The translations under genes were made by a program, and so were the position numbers. A stretch of DNA of 64,000 nt from a bacterium. GTDB taxonomy: Bacteria > Verrucomicrobiota > Verrucomicrobiia > Chthoniobacterales > UBA6821. The stretch's first letter is position 1, and the number at the start of each line of letters is the position of its first letter. The stretch lies in contig JBAXTN010000004.1 of NCBI GenBank assembly GCA_037130175.1, forward strand, positions 45,606 to 109,605. Reading direction: 5' to 3'. The notes under the pieces are model-generated. The model was not told where the DNA came from, searched no databases, and worked only from the letters and a program-made list of their open reading frames with translations. Positions 48,420-57,677 of the stretch are shown here, in pieces.

Positions 48420-50912
48420 ATGAGAGCTCTAGGGAATGCAGTAACGGGAGGAAATGACAGCCACTGCTGCAAATCATTCTGTGGATTATCTTTTCTGATT
48501 CTTGCCTCGCTGGCGGCTATTTTTCTGGCTGGCGGACCTGCTCAGGGTGGGATGGGGATCTTTCTTGCGGTTGTCGGGACGGTGCTTCTGCTGATTACTC
48601 CCACGCGGGCGGTTCCGTGGGGATTTTGGGGCTTGAGCGCTCTGATTCTGCTTGCCGCTACTTCCGCGATGATTCCCGCAGACGGGTTTGGATCACCATC
48701 ATGGAGAGAAAACTTGCAGAAGCTGCCGGCTCTTGTTCTACCGCACCAAGTCACGCTGGATCCCAGGGCGACGCTCTTTTGGATTTTGCTTCTCTCATCC
48801 AGTATTCTGATCGCCCTCTTTCTTCTGGGATCGCCACTATCTGCGGAGGGCATGGAACGCGTTGCTCTACTTGCGGTTCTCGGGTGTTCGGTCTACGCGG
48901 TAGTCGCTTGGATGTCGTGGCAGACGGAGTGGCGTTATCCCTTTTTTCATCAGGAGTGGTGGATGCAGCCTGCATACGGTTTCTTTCCGAATCGCAATCA
49001 GACCGCCGGTTTTCTGCTGACAGGTGCGATCCTCTCTCTCGGGCTTATTTATCGTGGAATCACGGGAGGTCGCCTGCTGCCCGCATTGATTGCAGCAGCC
49101 TCCTTTGCGTTTCTTGTTTCGATGTTGCTGCTCTTTTCCAAGTCCCGTGGCGGGGTTGTCTTTCTGATTGTGGGTGTTCTCCTGTGGATCGCGGGGCTGG
49201 GAAGGCATCGTTCCCGATGGCTGGTAGTTGGTGCGACTGTACTCGGACTTGTGATCGCAACCCTCTTTCTGACTTCCGAAAGCGAGTTGCTCGTCCGCTT
49301 GCGGGGAGATTCCCCCCATGCTGCGGCCACTGACGGAACCGGCTCAGTTGAACAGGATCTCTCTGCGGGCGATTTCAATCCGTTTGCCGATGCCCGCGTT
49401 TCTATCTGGAGGGATACTTTATCCATGATTGCCGATTTTCCGGTAAGCGGAACAGGACTGGGCACATACCAGCTGAATTACCCGTTCTATGCGAAGAAAA
49501 GTTTGAGGGATAAGACAACCGCCCGCCATGCTGAGAGCGACTGGCTCACGCTTGGTGCCGAATCCGGACTGCCTGCACTCGTGCTGGTGCTCGGTGGACT
49601 GGCTATCCTCATATCTCGCATCCCCCGGTTGGAGCGAGATTCTGGAGCAAGCTGGCCTGTGCGATGGGCTTTCCTTTCCGCATTCTTTGCGGAGTTATTG
49701 CACGGGTTAGTGGATGTGCCCCTGCACAAGCCGGAGCTTGGTTGGTGGATCCTGTTGTTGGGTGGCATGGGTTTTGCCACGGCATGCGGGGAAGAACAGG
49801 TGAAGGGGGTTTCGCTCGGGATTCAGAGGGCGTTTTTCGTTGCAGGAGGGATCGGTATGATTGTTTTTGGTGGAGTTTGCATCTGGGCTCAATGGTTGAG
49901 CGGTTCGGCGCTTCCTCCCTATGCACCTGCCGCTGAAGAGAAAAAAGTGAGCGAACTTTTTGGTGATGGAGAAAAACCAAGTCTGGAACTGGCTGTTGCT
50001 GAATGTCGCAAAGCCATTGCGCAGTATCCTCTGGCTCACGCACTTTATTTTCAGCTTGGTGCGCTCATTCTGGATCTGGGTGGGGATCCCAAACAAAGCA
50101 TAACTTTCTTTGGTGTGGAAAACTCCCTTTCTCCGCATGATCCGATGGCGCCTTTCGAGCAGGGAAAGTTGCTGCTTCCGGTGGAACCAGAACCTGCGGT
50201 GATTCTTTGGGAGGAAGCTCTTCGACGGCAGCTTTTTTTGGACCATTTGCCGAATTCTCAGATAGCCCGATCTCGCGAATTGTTTCAACAGATCCTTGCT
50301 TATGCTGCGCAGTCGCCGCTTCTTCTTGCCCGGATGCCCGGCTTGGCGCGGCTTGATCCAAAGTTCCAACTCCTTTGGCTTATGAATCCGTCGTGCGACT
50401 CATCACTGATTGCTGCTGCGGTTCAGGACTCTGCATTCATGGAGAAGCATTCCCCCATAGAACAGGGCCGGTTAATCCATTCTTGGTATGAACGGGGAGA
50501 CAAGTCTGCAGTGCATACATTTCTCGATGTCCATCCGGCATATGGGCGCATTGCTGCAGCGACATGGGCTGCCATTTTCGCTCAGGACGGGCAGCACAGG
50601 GAGGCCTGTATGAATCTGATCGATACTTTCCATATTCCAGTATCGGAAATGAAAGTTGGTAGAGATGCAGCGATCCGTGGTGCTAATGGCGATGTGCCCT
50701 CCGACTCCCTTGCAGCAGCAAAGTATTACCTAGATCATGGCAATGAAGTTACCGCGCGCCGTCTGCTAGCAGAAGCCATGAGCACGGGACCGCGCACGGG
50801 CACCGTTGCCGAGACCCTTCGACTCCGCGCGGTGATGGCAATGCGTGCAGGGGACTGGAAATCGGCCCTATCCGATTTGTTGGACTATTTACATGTGAGC
50901 GGTCAGCTGTGA
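48420..50912 (+). CDS. O-antigen ligase/polymerase-like (Wzy_C) membrane protein with a long C-terminal helical-repeat extension
   Basis: 830 aa. About 470 aa are polytopic and carry the Wzy_C-type loop (TGTGLGTYQL..ARHAESDWLTLGAESGLPALVLVLGG). About 350 aa are a soluble TPR-like tail. Confidence 0.72.
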   Translation: MRALGNAVTGGNDSHCCKSFCGLSFLILASLAAIFLAGGPAQGGMGIFLAVVGTVLLLITPTRAVPWGFWGLSALILLAATSAMIPADGFGSPSWRENLQKLPALVLPHQVTLDPRATLFWILLLSSSILIALFLLGSPLSAEGMERVALLAVLGCSVYAVVAWMSWQTEWRYPFFHQEWWMQPAYGFFPNRNQTAGFLLTGAILSLGLIYRGITGGRLLPALIAAASFAFLVSMLLLFSKSRGGVVFLIVGVLLWIAGLGRHRSRWLVVGATVLGLVIATLFLTSESELLVRLRGDSPHAAATDGTGSVEQDLSAGDFNPFADARVSIWRDTLSMIADFPVSGTGLGTYQLNYPFYAKKSLRDKTTARHAESDWLTLGAESGLPALVLVLGGLAILISRIPRLERDSGASWPVRWAFLSAFFAELLHGLVDVPLHKPELGWWILLLGGMGFATACGEEQVKGVSLGIQRAFFVAGGIGMIVFGGVCIWAQWLSGSALPPYAPAAEEKKVSELFGDGEKPSLELAVAECRKAIAQYPLAHALYFQLGALILDLGGDPKQSITFFGVENSLSPHDPMAPFEQGKLLLPVEPEPAVILWEEALRRQLFLDHLPNSQIARSRELFQQILAYAAQSPLLLARMPGLARLDPKFQLLWLMNPSCDSSLIAAAVQDSAFMEKHSPIEQGRLIHSWYERGDKSAVHTFLDVHPAYGRIAAATWAAIFAQDGQHREACMNLIDTFHIPVSEMKVGRDAAIRGANGDVPSDSLAAAKYYLDHGNEVTARRLLAEAMSTGPRTGTVAETLRLRAVMAMRAGDWKSALSDLLDYLHVSGQL

Positions 50913-50951
50913 TGTTTAGGACATTTTCCCACTGAGCCCTTACATTCCGTG

Positions 50952-52514
50952 ATGCCACCATCCCGCCGACATTCCGCGTTGAAACCACGCCTGATTGCCG
51001 CACTGTTTTCCCTCAAGTTGCTTGCCTTCCTGCCGCATGCCTATGCCCAGGGCATTCCCACCGTGCAACAAAGCACCTTCCGTTCGCAGTGGGTTGGGGA
51101 GCAGGTTGATCAGATTCCACTCGGTGGCGGGGTGTCCCCCCTCAGTGGAATCGGAGGACTCGTTGGAAATTTGCAGACCCAGGATGAAGTGAAACGCGAG
51201 GTGGATGCCTCGCTCGCGGGAGTGAAGTCAAAATCGCCCTTCTCGATCAAGCCCGCCGTGGGGTTTGGATGGGAAGCATCCAATCAGGGTGTCACCAACC
51301 AGACAGCAGCGGGCACCACCTACTCGGCGGGCAGCAGTCCCTTTGTTGCCCCCAGCCTCGCCCTTCTCTATGATCGGGATCACGGCCCGTGGTCGGTCTC
51401 CGCAGGGTACGGAGCCGGATACAAGTATTATACCGATCCGAATTATGTCGCCAATGGATCGGGTTCCCTCCGCAACTCCTTTTCACAGACCGCCATGTTT
51501 CAGGCGATCCTCACCATGAGCCGCTACATGATCACCTCCCTGTTCAATGCCTCATCTGGCAATGGCTACGATGCCAGTTCAGGATCTAACAACCGCCAAA
51601 CCGCCCTGGGTGGAACCGTCGGTGCAAAGTATCTGCTTGGCAATTACGCGGGATTTCTGGCCAACGCGGGTTACAACTTTCAGAACTACTCGGGCTCCAC
51701 GGTGACCCCCAACAATAATACAGCCAATCTCTATGCCAACCTCGCTCCCATTTATTACCTCTCGGATAAAACCCACCTGAGCGCTCTATTTGGAGTAGGC
51801 AGCACTTCCCAGTCACTTCAACAGGGAAGCTATTCGGGCACTACCAACGCAGGTACAAATAGCATTCTGGCCAACAATCTCTCTGCCGCGCGAAATTACG
51901 CACAACTCGTGAACGAAGTCACCTACGACATCACCGGAAAGATCACCCTGGATGCCGGATTGGGAGCAAGGTACATTACCTCCACCTACTCCGGTGACTC
52001 TCGCTACCTCGGACTAAAACCTGCCTGGGTTCTGGGCATTGCCTACACGCCCACCACCAAGACTTCCATGACGCTGAGTGTTGGTGAACAAGGCTCCGAT
52101 ATCGTGCCCTCACTCAACTTTCTGCTTAACTGGAAGCCTCGTGATAAAACGACTTTCTCTCTGGCTGCCTCGCAGTCACAGAACTTTGCAAATTCCGTTG
52201 CTTCGCAGTATCAAGTCAGCAGGAGCCTTATCGGCACAGTCACCCAGAACCTTTTCACATCCGTTGTCCTTCAACTCTCGGCTGGATACGCGACACAGCG
52301 CTACATCAACCTAAATTCAGGCCCCTCCATCCTAACGATCAGTCAACTACCTTCGAATTACTACACGGCCAACGCCTCCGTCATTTGGAATATTCGTGAT
52401 TGGCTAACCCTCAATAATTCGGTGAATTACAACGGCGGTCAGACAGTTCAGGGTGCCAACGGTTCGTCGATTCCCCAAACCTGGTATTCCATTAGTTTGA
52501 ATTTCGCTCTGTAA
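50952..52514 (+). CDS. Outer-membrane beta-barrel protein (EPS-locus associated)
   Basis: Signal peptide (LKLLAFLPHAYAQG). Alternating Gly/Ser/Thr/Asn/Tyr-rich strands run throughout, ending WYSISLNFAL. Family not assigned. Confidence 0.6.
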   Translation: MPPSRRHSALKPRLIAALFSLKLLAFLPHAYAQGIPTVQQSTFRSQWVGEQVDQIPLGGGVSPLSGIGGLVGNLQTQDEVKREVDASLAGVKSKSPFSIKPAVGFGWEASNQGVTNQTAAGTTYSAGSSPFVAPSLALLYDRDHGPWSVSAGYGAGYKYYTDPNYVANGSGSLRNSFSQTAMFQAILTMSRYMITSLFNASSGNGYDASSGSNNRQTALGGTVGAKYLLGNYAGFLANAGYNFQNYSGSTVTPNNNTANLYANLAPIYYLSDKTHLSALFGVGSTSQSLQQGSYSGTTNAGTNSILANNLSAARNYAQLVNEVTYDITGKITLDAGLGARYITSTYSGDSRYLGLKPAWVLGIAYTPTTKTSMTLSVGEQGSDIVPSLNFLLNWKPRDKTTFSLAASQSQNFANSVASQYQVSRSLIGTVTQNLFTSVVLQLSAGYATQRYINLNSGPSILTISQLPSNYYTANASVIWNIRDWLTLNNSVNYNGGQTVQGANGSSIPQTWYSISLNFAL

Positions 52515-52542
52515 TTTTCCGAACGCCCGATTATAAACCAGC

Positions 52543-53295
52543 ATGGTCATCTTCCCCCATCAATCATTCGCAGCCTGGCGTCTCTGTGCCGCTGTCGTGA
52601 TGCTTCTGAGCGCCTCCCCTCGGATTATTTCGGCGCAGAGCGATCCCTCAGCCCCTCAATCCACGCGCCCAGCCGAACCCCAAGTCACCGTTTCCAAGCC
52701 GACCGGTGATGTCCTATCGTCCGGTCAGCAGCCAGGCACCCAGCTCTCCTCAGTCCAAGCCACCTCCCCATCCGCATCCTCCACAGGAGCCGTGAACGGG
52801 GATTACATCCTCAAGAGTGGTGATTCCATCGACATGGTGATCTACAGGGAACCGGATCTGAGCATCCGATCTAAAATTGGCAATGATGGATTCGTGCAGA
52901 TGCCTCTTCTTGGAGAAGTGAAAGTCGCCGGTCTCAGCGTGAGGAACGCCACCGCGCTGATCCGGCAGAAATACAATGCCGACTACCTTGTCGAACCGCA
53001 GATCTATCTGAATGTATCCGCGTATAACACCCGCAAGTTCACCATCATCGGACAGGTGGGAAGACCCGGAACCTACGAGTTCTCAGGCAGCGATTCCCTC
53101 GGTTTACTTGAAGCCATCGGCATGTCTGGCGGATTCACCAGAATCGCCGATCGAGGTCATATCGTGGTGAAGCGTCGCGAGGGCAACGGCGTGAGGACCC
53201 TCAAAGTGAACGCCAAAAAACTTGCCGATACTGCAGTGGATCGATTTGAGATCCAAGCCGGAGATGTCATCAATGTCGCCGAGAGTTGGTACTAA
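52543..53295 (+). CDS. Polysaccharide export protein (Wza family: Poly_export + SLBB)
   Basis: 250 aa. YILKSGDSIDMVIYREPDLS..DGFVQMPLLGEVKVAGLS..A..LIRQKY is the Poly_export signature. The C-terminal SLBB-like part reads QAGDVINV. Confidence 0.85.
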   Translation: MVIFPHQSFAAWRLCAAVVMLLSASPRIISAQSDPSAPQSTRPAEPQVTVSKPTGDVLSSGQQPGTQLSSVQATSPSASSTGAVNGDYILKSGDSIDMVIYREPDLSIRSKIGNDGFVQMPLLGEVKVAGLSVRNATALIRQKYNADYLVEPQIYLNVSAYNTRKFTIIGQVGRPGTYEFSGSDSLGLLEAIGMSGGFTRIADRGHIVVKRREGNGVRTLKVNAKKLADTAVDRFEIQAGDVINVAESWY

Positions 53296-53306
53296 CATTT
53301 CATTCC

Positions 53307-55631
53307 ATGCAATCCACCTCGTCAACTGCATCCGTTGCTCCCGCAGTGAGAACTCCCCGTCAAAATGAATTCGACTGGAGGGAGTATTACTACGCGATCA
53401 AGGCCCGATCTTGGATCATCCTCTTCACTACCATCCTCTCTGTTTTTTGGGGGATTTATTCGGCGGCCTCCCTCAAGGAAAAATACATCGCACGCTCTGT
53501 CCTCTTCATTCAGCAGGTCAAGAGCAATGTCCTCAGTGTCAAGATCGAGGAGGTCAGTGACGAGCAGATTAAGTCCCTGGACATGATCAACACCTTGGTT
53601 GACCTGCTTCAAAGTTATCCCTTCGCCCTGCGCGTGGTGAATAGCGAGAAGCTTGCGCAGGATCCCCAGTTTTTGGCCGCCGCAGGCATCCCGATCAGCA
53701 AGGCATCACCCGAAGCCTCGGCACAGTCCCTGACAAAAATGGTCAAAACGAGCTACAGGCTTAACACCCGTTTGATTGATATTTTTGTCACCACCCGCAA
53801 TCCCGCGCTCTCCATCCGATTGGCCAATGCCTATCCAACAGAGTACTTCCGCTACCTCAACGACAAGAGGGTTGAGTCATCCCGTTCAGCGAGTTCGTTC
53901 CTGATGGATGAAGCTGACCGCCTGAGAAAGAAAATGAGGGCCTCCGAGGAGGCTATGCAAAATTTCCGCGAACGGGAACGCGCAGCCTCCTTCGAGTCCA
54001 TGCTCCAAGAGTCCCAATCCCACATCACGGAACTCTCGTCACGACAGAACCAACTCCAGGCCAAAATTACCCAGATCACGAGTGATCTGGAGGTAGCGCG
54101 CGCCAATCAAGGCAACCCCCAGCAACTGCTGCGACTCCCCAGCGTGGTCGCCGATGCCAAGATTTCCGCCCAAGTCGCCCACCTTGCCGATCTCGAAAAG
54201 GAATTTACCCTCATCAAGCAGCGGTATCGGTCCAAGCACCCACTCTATATCTCCTACAAAACCCAGATAGAGCTGACTCATGAAGACCTCAATGCACAAC
54301 TCACCAATATCGTTGAGCTGCTTGATTCAATGAAGAGCAGCTTGCTCAGCCAGCAGGCGGCAGACAAATCCGAGCGCGAAGAGGCGGAGAAACATCTGCT
54401 CGCCGTGACCAGCAAATCAATCGAATACAACGATCTCAAGCGAGAACTGGAAAGTGACGGTGCGCTCTATGCCTCGGTGGTGGGGCGTATCAAGGAGGTC
54501 GATGTGACCAAGGAACTTGACTCCTCCCAAGTTCAACTTCAGGAGGCGGCTACAGGAGCTTCTCCATTCGGAGCCTCTCCCTTCGTGGTCCTGATCAAGT
54601 CACTGCTCACAGGATTTGCACTCGGAGTTGCCTTGGTCATCGGACTTCACAAACTGGATTCCAGCCTTAAGACCGTTGATCAAGTCGAGCAACTCGCCGG
54701 AATACCTGTGGTAGCGGCAATTCCACAGATAGGAGATCCCTCAAAAATCATACTCGGCCTTTTCTCCAAAGAGCAGTTCGTGCTGATTCACAATGCATGG
54801 AGAGGGGGCATTCATGCGCTTTTAGACAAGAGTATTGATTTTCCAAAACGACTTTCTGAGATGAAGGAAGCATTCCGACCAGTGATATCCATGCTGGGCA
54901 ATCCCAATGTGACCGCCCCGCTCTCTCAGGGAAGCGAATTCGTGGTCAAGGACGACCGGAGCGGAGTCGTTGCTGAGGCGTTCCGATGCCTCAGAGCGTC
55001 CGTCGCGATGAATGCCCATGTTGAAAACCAGCGCACATTCCTACTCACGAGTGCGGCTCCCTCCGAGGGAAAAACATTCTGTTCTGCAAATTTTGCAATC
55101 ACCCTGGCACAACAGGGACTCAGTACGCTGATCATCGATGCGGACCTTCGCAAACCAACGATTTCCCGTCTCTTTTTCGGGATGCACCGCAAGCCGGGAC
55201 TCAGCGAGTGCCTACTGGGTTTGACTCCATTGAAAGAGGCGGTTCAAGCCAGCCAGATTGAGGGGCTTTCAGTTCTCACCGCAGGAGGACGATCGCCCAA
55301 TCCATCCGAACTTCTCTCTGGTCAGCCTTTCAAGGAACTACTTGAAGAAGCCCTAAAAAATTACGACAGGGTAGTGATTGATTCCGCACCCCTTCTTGCG
55401 GTGAGTGATACTCAGCTTATTGCTCCAAGAGTTGATGTGATCTGTCTTGTGATCAGATCCTTCCTGACTCCCCGTAAGATGGTCAGTCGTGCGTTGAAAA
55501 CCCTCAATGAAATCCATATCAAGCCGACAGGCATCGTATTCAACTGCCTCCCGGCAGCTAGTTCCTATTCCTACTATTATTCAGGAAAGTATTACGGCAC
55601 CTATGGCAGCAAGGGAGTCTATGGAAGCTGA
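53307..55631 (+). CDS. Polysaccharide co-polymerase / BY-type tyrosine autokinase (Wzz domain + CpsD-like ATPase)
   Basis: ATG at 53307 (a TTG at 53286 is also possible). N-terminal Wzz-type TM and coiled coil. Walker A TSAAPSEGKT, A' LIIDADLRKP, B VVIDSAPLLAVSD. Eight Tyr in the last 22 residues (SYSYYYSGKYYGTYGSKGVYGS). Confidence 0.88.
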   Translation: MQSTSSTASVAPAVRTPRQNEFDWREYYYAIKARSWIILFTTILSVFWGIYSAASLKEKYIARSVLFIQQVKSNVLSVKIEEVSDEQIKSLDMINTLVDLLQSYPFALRVVNSEKLAQDPQFLAAAGIPISKASPEASAQSLTKMVKTSYRLNTRLIDIFVTTRNPALSIRLANAYPTEYFRYLNDKRVESSRSASSFLMDEADRLRKKMRASEEAMQNFRERERAASFESMLQESQSHITELSSRQNQLQAKITQITSDLEVARANQGNPQQLLRLPSVVADAKISAQVAHLADLEKEFTLIKQRYRSKHPLYISYKTQIELTHEDLNAQLTNIVELLDSMKSSLLSQQAADKSEREEAEKHLLAVTSKSIEYNDLKRELESDGALYASVVGRIKEVDVTKELDSSQVQLQEAATGASPFGASPFVVLIKSLLTGFALGVALVIGLHKLDSSLKTVDQVEQLAGIPVVAAIPQIGDPSKIILGLFSKEQFVLIHNAWRGGIHALLDKSIDFPKRLSEMKEAFRPVISMLGNPNVTAPLSQGSEFVVKDDRSGVVAEAFRCLRASVAMNAHVENQRTFLLTSAAPSEGKTFCSANFAITLAQQGLSTLIIDADLRKPTISRLFFGMHRKPGLSECLLGLTPLKEAVQASQIEGLSVLTAGGRSPNPSELLSGQPFKELLEEALKNYDRVVIDSAPLLAVSDTQLIAPRVDVICLVIRSFLTPRKMVSRALKTLNEIHIKPTGIVFNCLPAASSYSYYYSGKYYGTYGSKGVYGS

Positions 55632-55790
55632 TTAGTGGATTGGGCCGCAGGCTGTTAACTGTTAGGACTGAGGGGAAGATTCTCGTGCGGTCGTAATGCA
55701 GGCCTTCTAAATGCCCGAGGTCGGGCAAGCTGCCTCTGAGACTCAGCGAGAGATAATTCCGCCCTCCGGTATCATTCTTCTTTTAGCTTA

Positions 55791-57677
55791 TCACTTCTTG
55801 GGCTTCGTAGCTGCCTTTACAGGGAGCTTCTCCATCAAGAGTTCCCTCTCCTCCGGCCTCAGCCTTTGAGAATCCACAGACTCCAAGAGAGCATCTGCAG
55901 CGAGCGGATCTCCGGAAGCACGCAGGACGGCAACTCGGACAGCCTTCCATGGCTCAGGGGCAGCAGCCCAGTCGATTTGCTTCCCCCTATAAATTTGAGC
56001 CGCCGCACCGGGATCGTCCTTTCGTAAATAGCCCAGAGCCACGGCGCTGAGACGAGCAAGGGAGTCAGGCTGATTGGACAGTAGCGTTACGGAAGTGTCA
56101 AAGGCACCCTGAACATCCTCTTTCTTCAGAAGCTTGAGATAGGCCAGATCGCCCGTTGCCTCACTGAACTGAGGAGCGGCGGCGTTCAACTCCTCATAAA
56201 GGGGAATCATGACCGATGCTGATGCATTGACGGGCTGAGATCGGATTAGCCCCACCAACCCAGGAACCCTAGTTTCAGCACGGTCGGCCATCGTCCGGTA
56301 AGTCCTGGCGGCACGGTCGAAGGCCCCGATCCTCTCTTCATATCCGGCAATGTAGTTGAGGGTATCAGGTTTTTCCCGTTGAAGCGATCCACTGACACTC
56401 CTCCATTCCTCTTCGGCACCCGCGGTGTTTCCCCTCATGGTGGCGACCCTTGCCAGATAGAGATGTCTTACTGCTTCGGGAATACCTGCACCTGCGGGTG
56501 AGGAGAGCATTCGTTCCACGACCGGCCAGTTCTCTTGCGCACTTTGTGCATCGAGCACGATCAGCATCCAATCCGTGTCATCATAGGGATTATCCTTCCC
56601 TGCCAGTGAGATAACCTGATCATACAATCCATTTGCATTCAGCCACCGGGCCAGCTCAAGCAACTCTTGACGCGGAGCATTGTGAAAAGCCCCCTTTATC
56701 CGTTGCACAACCGCTTCTTTACTAGAGGGATCGGCCTTGATCTCCAGATCGGCAGCAAGGAGCACATCACCTGTTTGATGTCCCGGAAGGACTGGTAGCA
56801 AGCGGGAGACCTCCATCAGTTTGGCAGCGTCCAATCCCCCCCCCTCGATCAGATGGTTTTGCAGAGAGAGCCTCGCGAGCATTCTTGCGGCAGCGAGGGA
56901 AGTACTCGATTTTTCCCTCATGACACCCAACAGAATATCGCCCCCTCGTCGTGCAGACGCAGCATGATTTACGGAGAGTAAATAGAGAGCCGCCTGATTC
57001 CTAAGTCGCGCCGAGTCTTCTCCTCTTACAGACTGGGCTTTCTCAAGGCAAAATGCAGCAGCCGACTCGGGCCCCTCGTCCCTTTTTTTGATCAGAGCCT
57101 GGATCAGGGTCTTCCTCATTCGCTGAGACGGGCCAAGCACGGACGGGAGCTTTGCGACGGCTTCGCGGGTCACATCCCATTGCCCCTGTCGTGCCCCCAG
57201 CTCTGCGATCCCAAGAAGCTCTTCTCGATCCGACAACCCGGCATTCATCCGTTCCAGAAGCTTTTGAAGGGAAGTTTTATCCCCCACCCTGGCATTGTAT
57301 AACTCAACAGCATGCTGCACCGAGTCGCTTCCTGGAGAGAGCGCGAGGGCCTGTTTCATTAGAGACACTGCCCGCTCGTCATCACCGACGGCAAAAGCGG
57401 ATGCAGACGCGTTCATGATCATTCCGGCACGCCAACCCTTCAGCATTCGATACAGTGAGGGGATTGAAATCAGCACCACAAGCATCGCAAGAACGACGCC
57501 AATAGACTTCCATCTTAGGGGATCGGCATACCATTTACCACCTGCACTTGGCGGAACGGCATCCTCATCCACATAATCGGGAAGCTCCATTCCTTCACTG
57601 CCGCTGACTTGCCGCACGCCATGATCTCCAGAGAGTCCGGCCCCGTTGGAGTTTTTATTAGGTTCCTCGGTACTCAT
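55791..57677 (-). CDS. Membrane-anchored TPR-repeat protein, translationally coupled to the exosortase
   Basis: 628 aa. One TM helix (WKSIGVVLAMLVVLISIPSLY), then TPR-like helical repeats. Its start codon overlaps the exosortase stop (ATGA at 57674..57677). Confidence 0.65.
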   Translation of the reverse strand: MSTEEPNKNSNGAGLSGDHGVRQVSGSEGMELPDYVDEDAVPPSAGGKWYADPLRWKSIGVVLAMLVVLISIPSLYRMLKGWRAGMIMNASASAFAVGDDERAVSLMKQALALSPGSDSVQHAVELYNARVGDKTSLQKLLERMNAGLSDREELLGIAELGARQGQWDVTREAVAKLPSVLGPSQRMRKTLIQALIKKRDEGPESAAAFCLEKAQSVRGEDSARLRNQAALYLLSVNHAASARRGGDILLGVMREKSSTSLAAARMLARLSLQNHLIEGGGLDAAKLMEVSRLLPVLPGHQTGDVLLAADLEIKADPSSKEAVVQRIKGAFHNAPRQELLELARWLNANGLYDQVISLAGKDNPYDDTDWMLIVLDAQSAQENWPVVERMLSSPAGAGIPEAVRHLYLARVATMRGNTAGAEEEWRSVSGSLQREKPDTLNYIAGYEERIGAFDRAARTYRTMADRAETRVPGLVGLIRSQPVNASASVMIPLYEELNAAAPQFSEATGDLAYLKLLKKEDVQGAFDTSVTLLSNQPDSLARLSAVALGYLRKDDPGAAAQIYRGKQIDWAAAPEPWKAVRVAVLRASGDPLAADALLESVDSQRLRPEERELLMEKLPVKAATKPKK

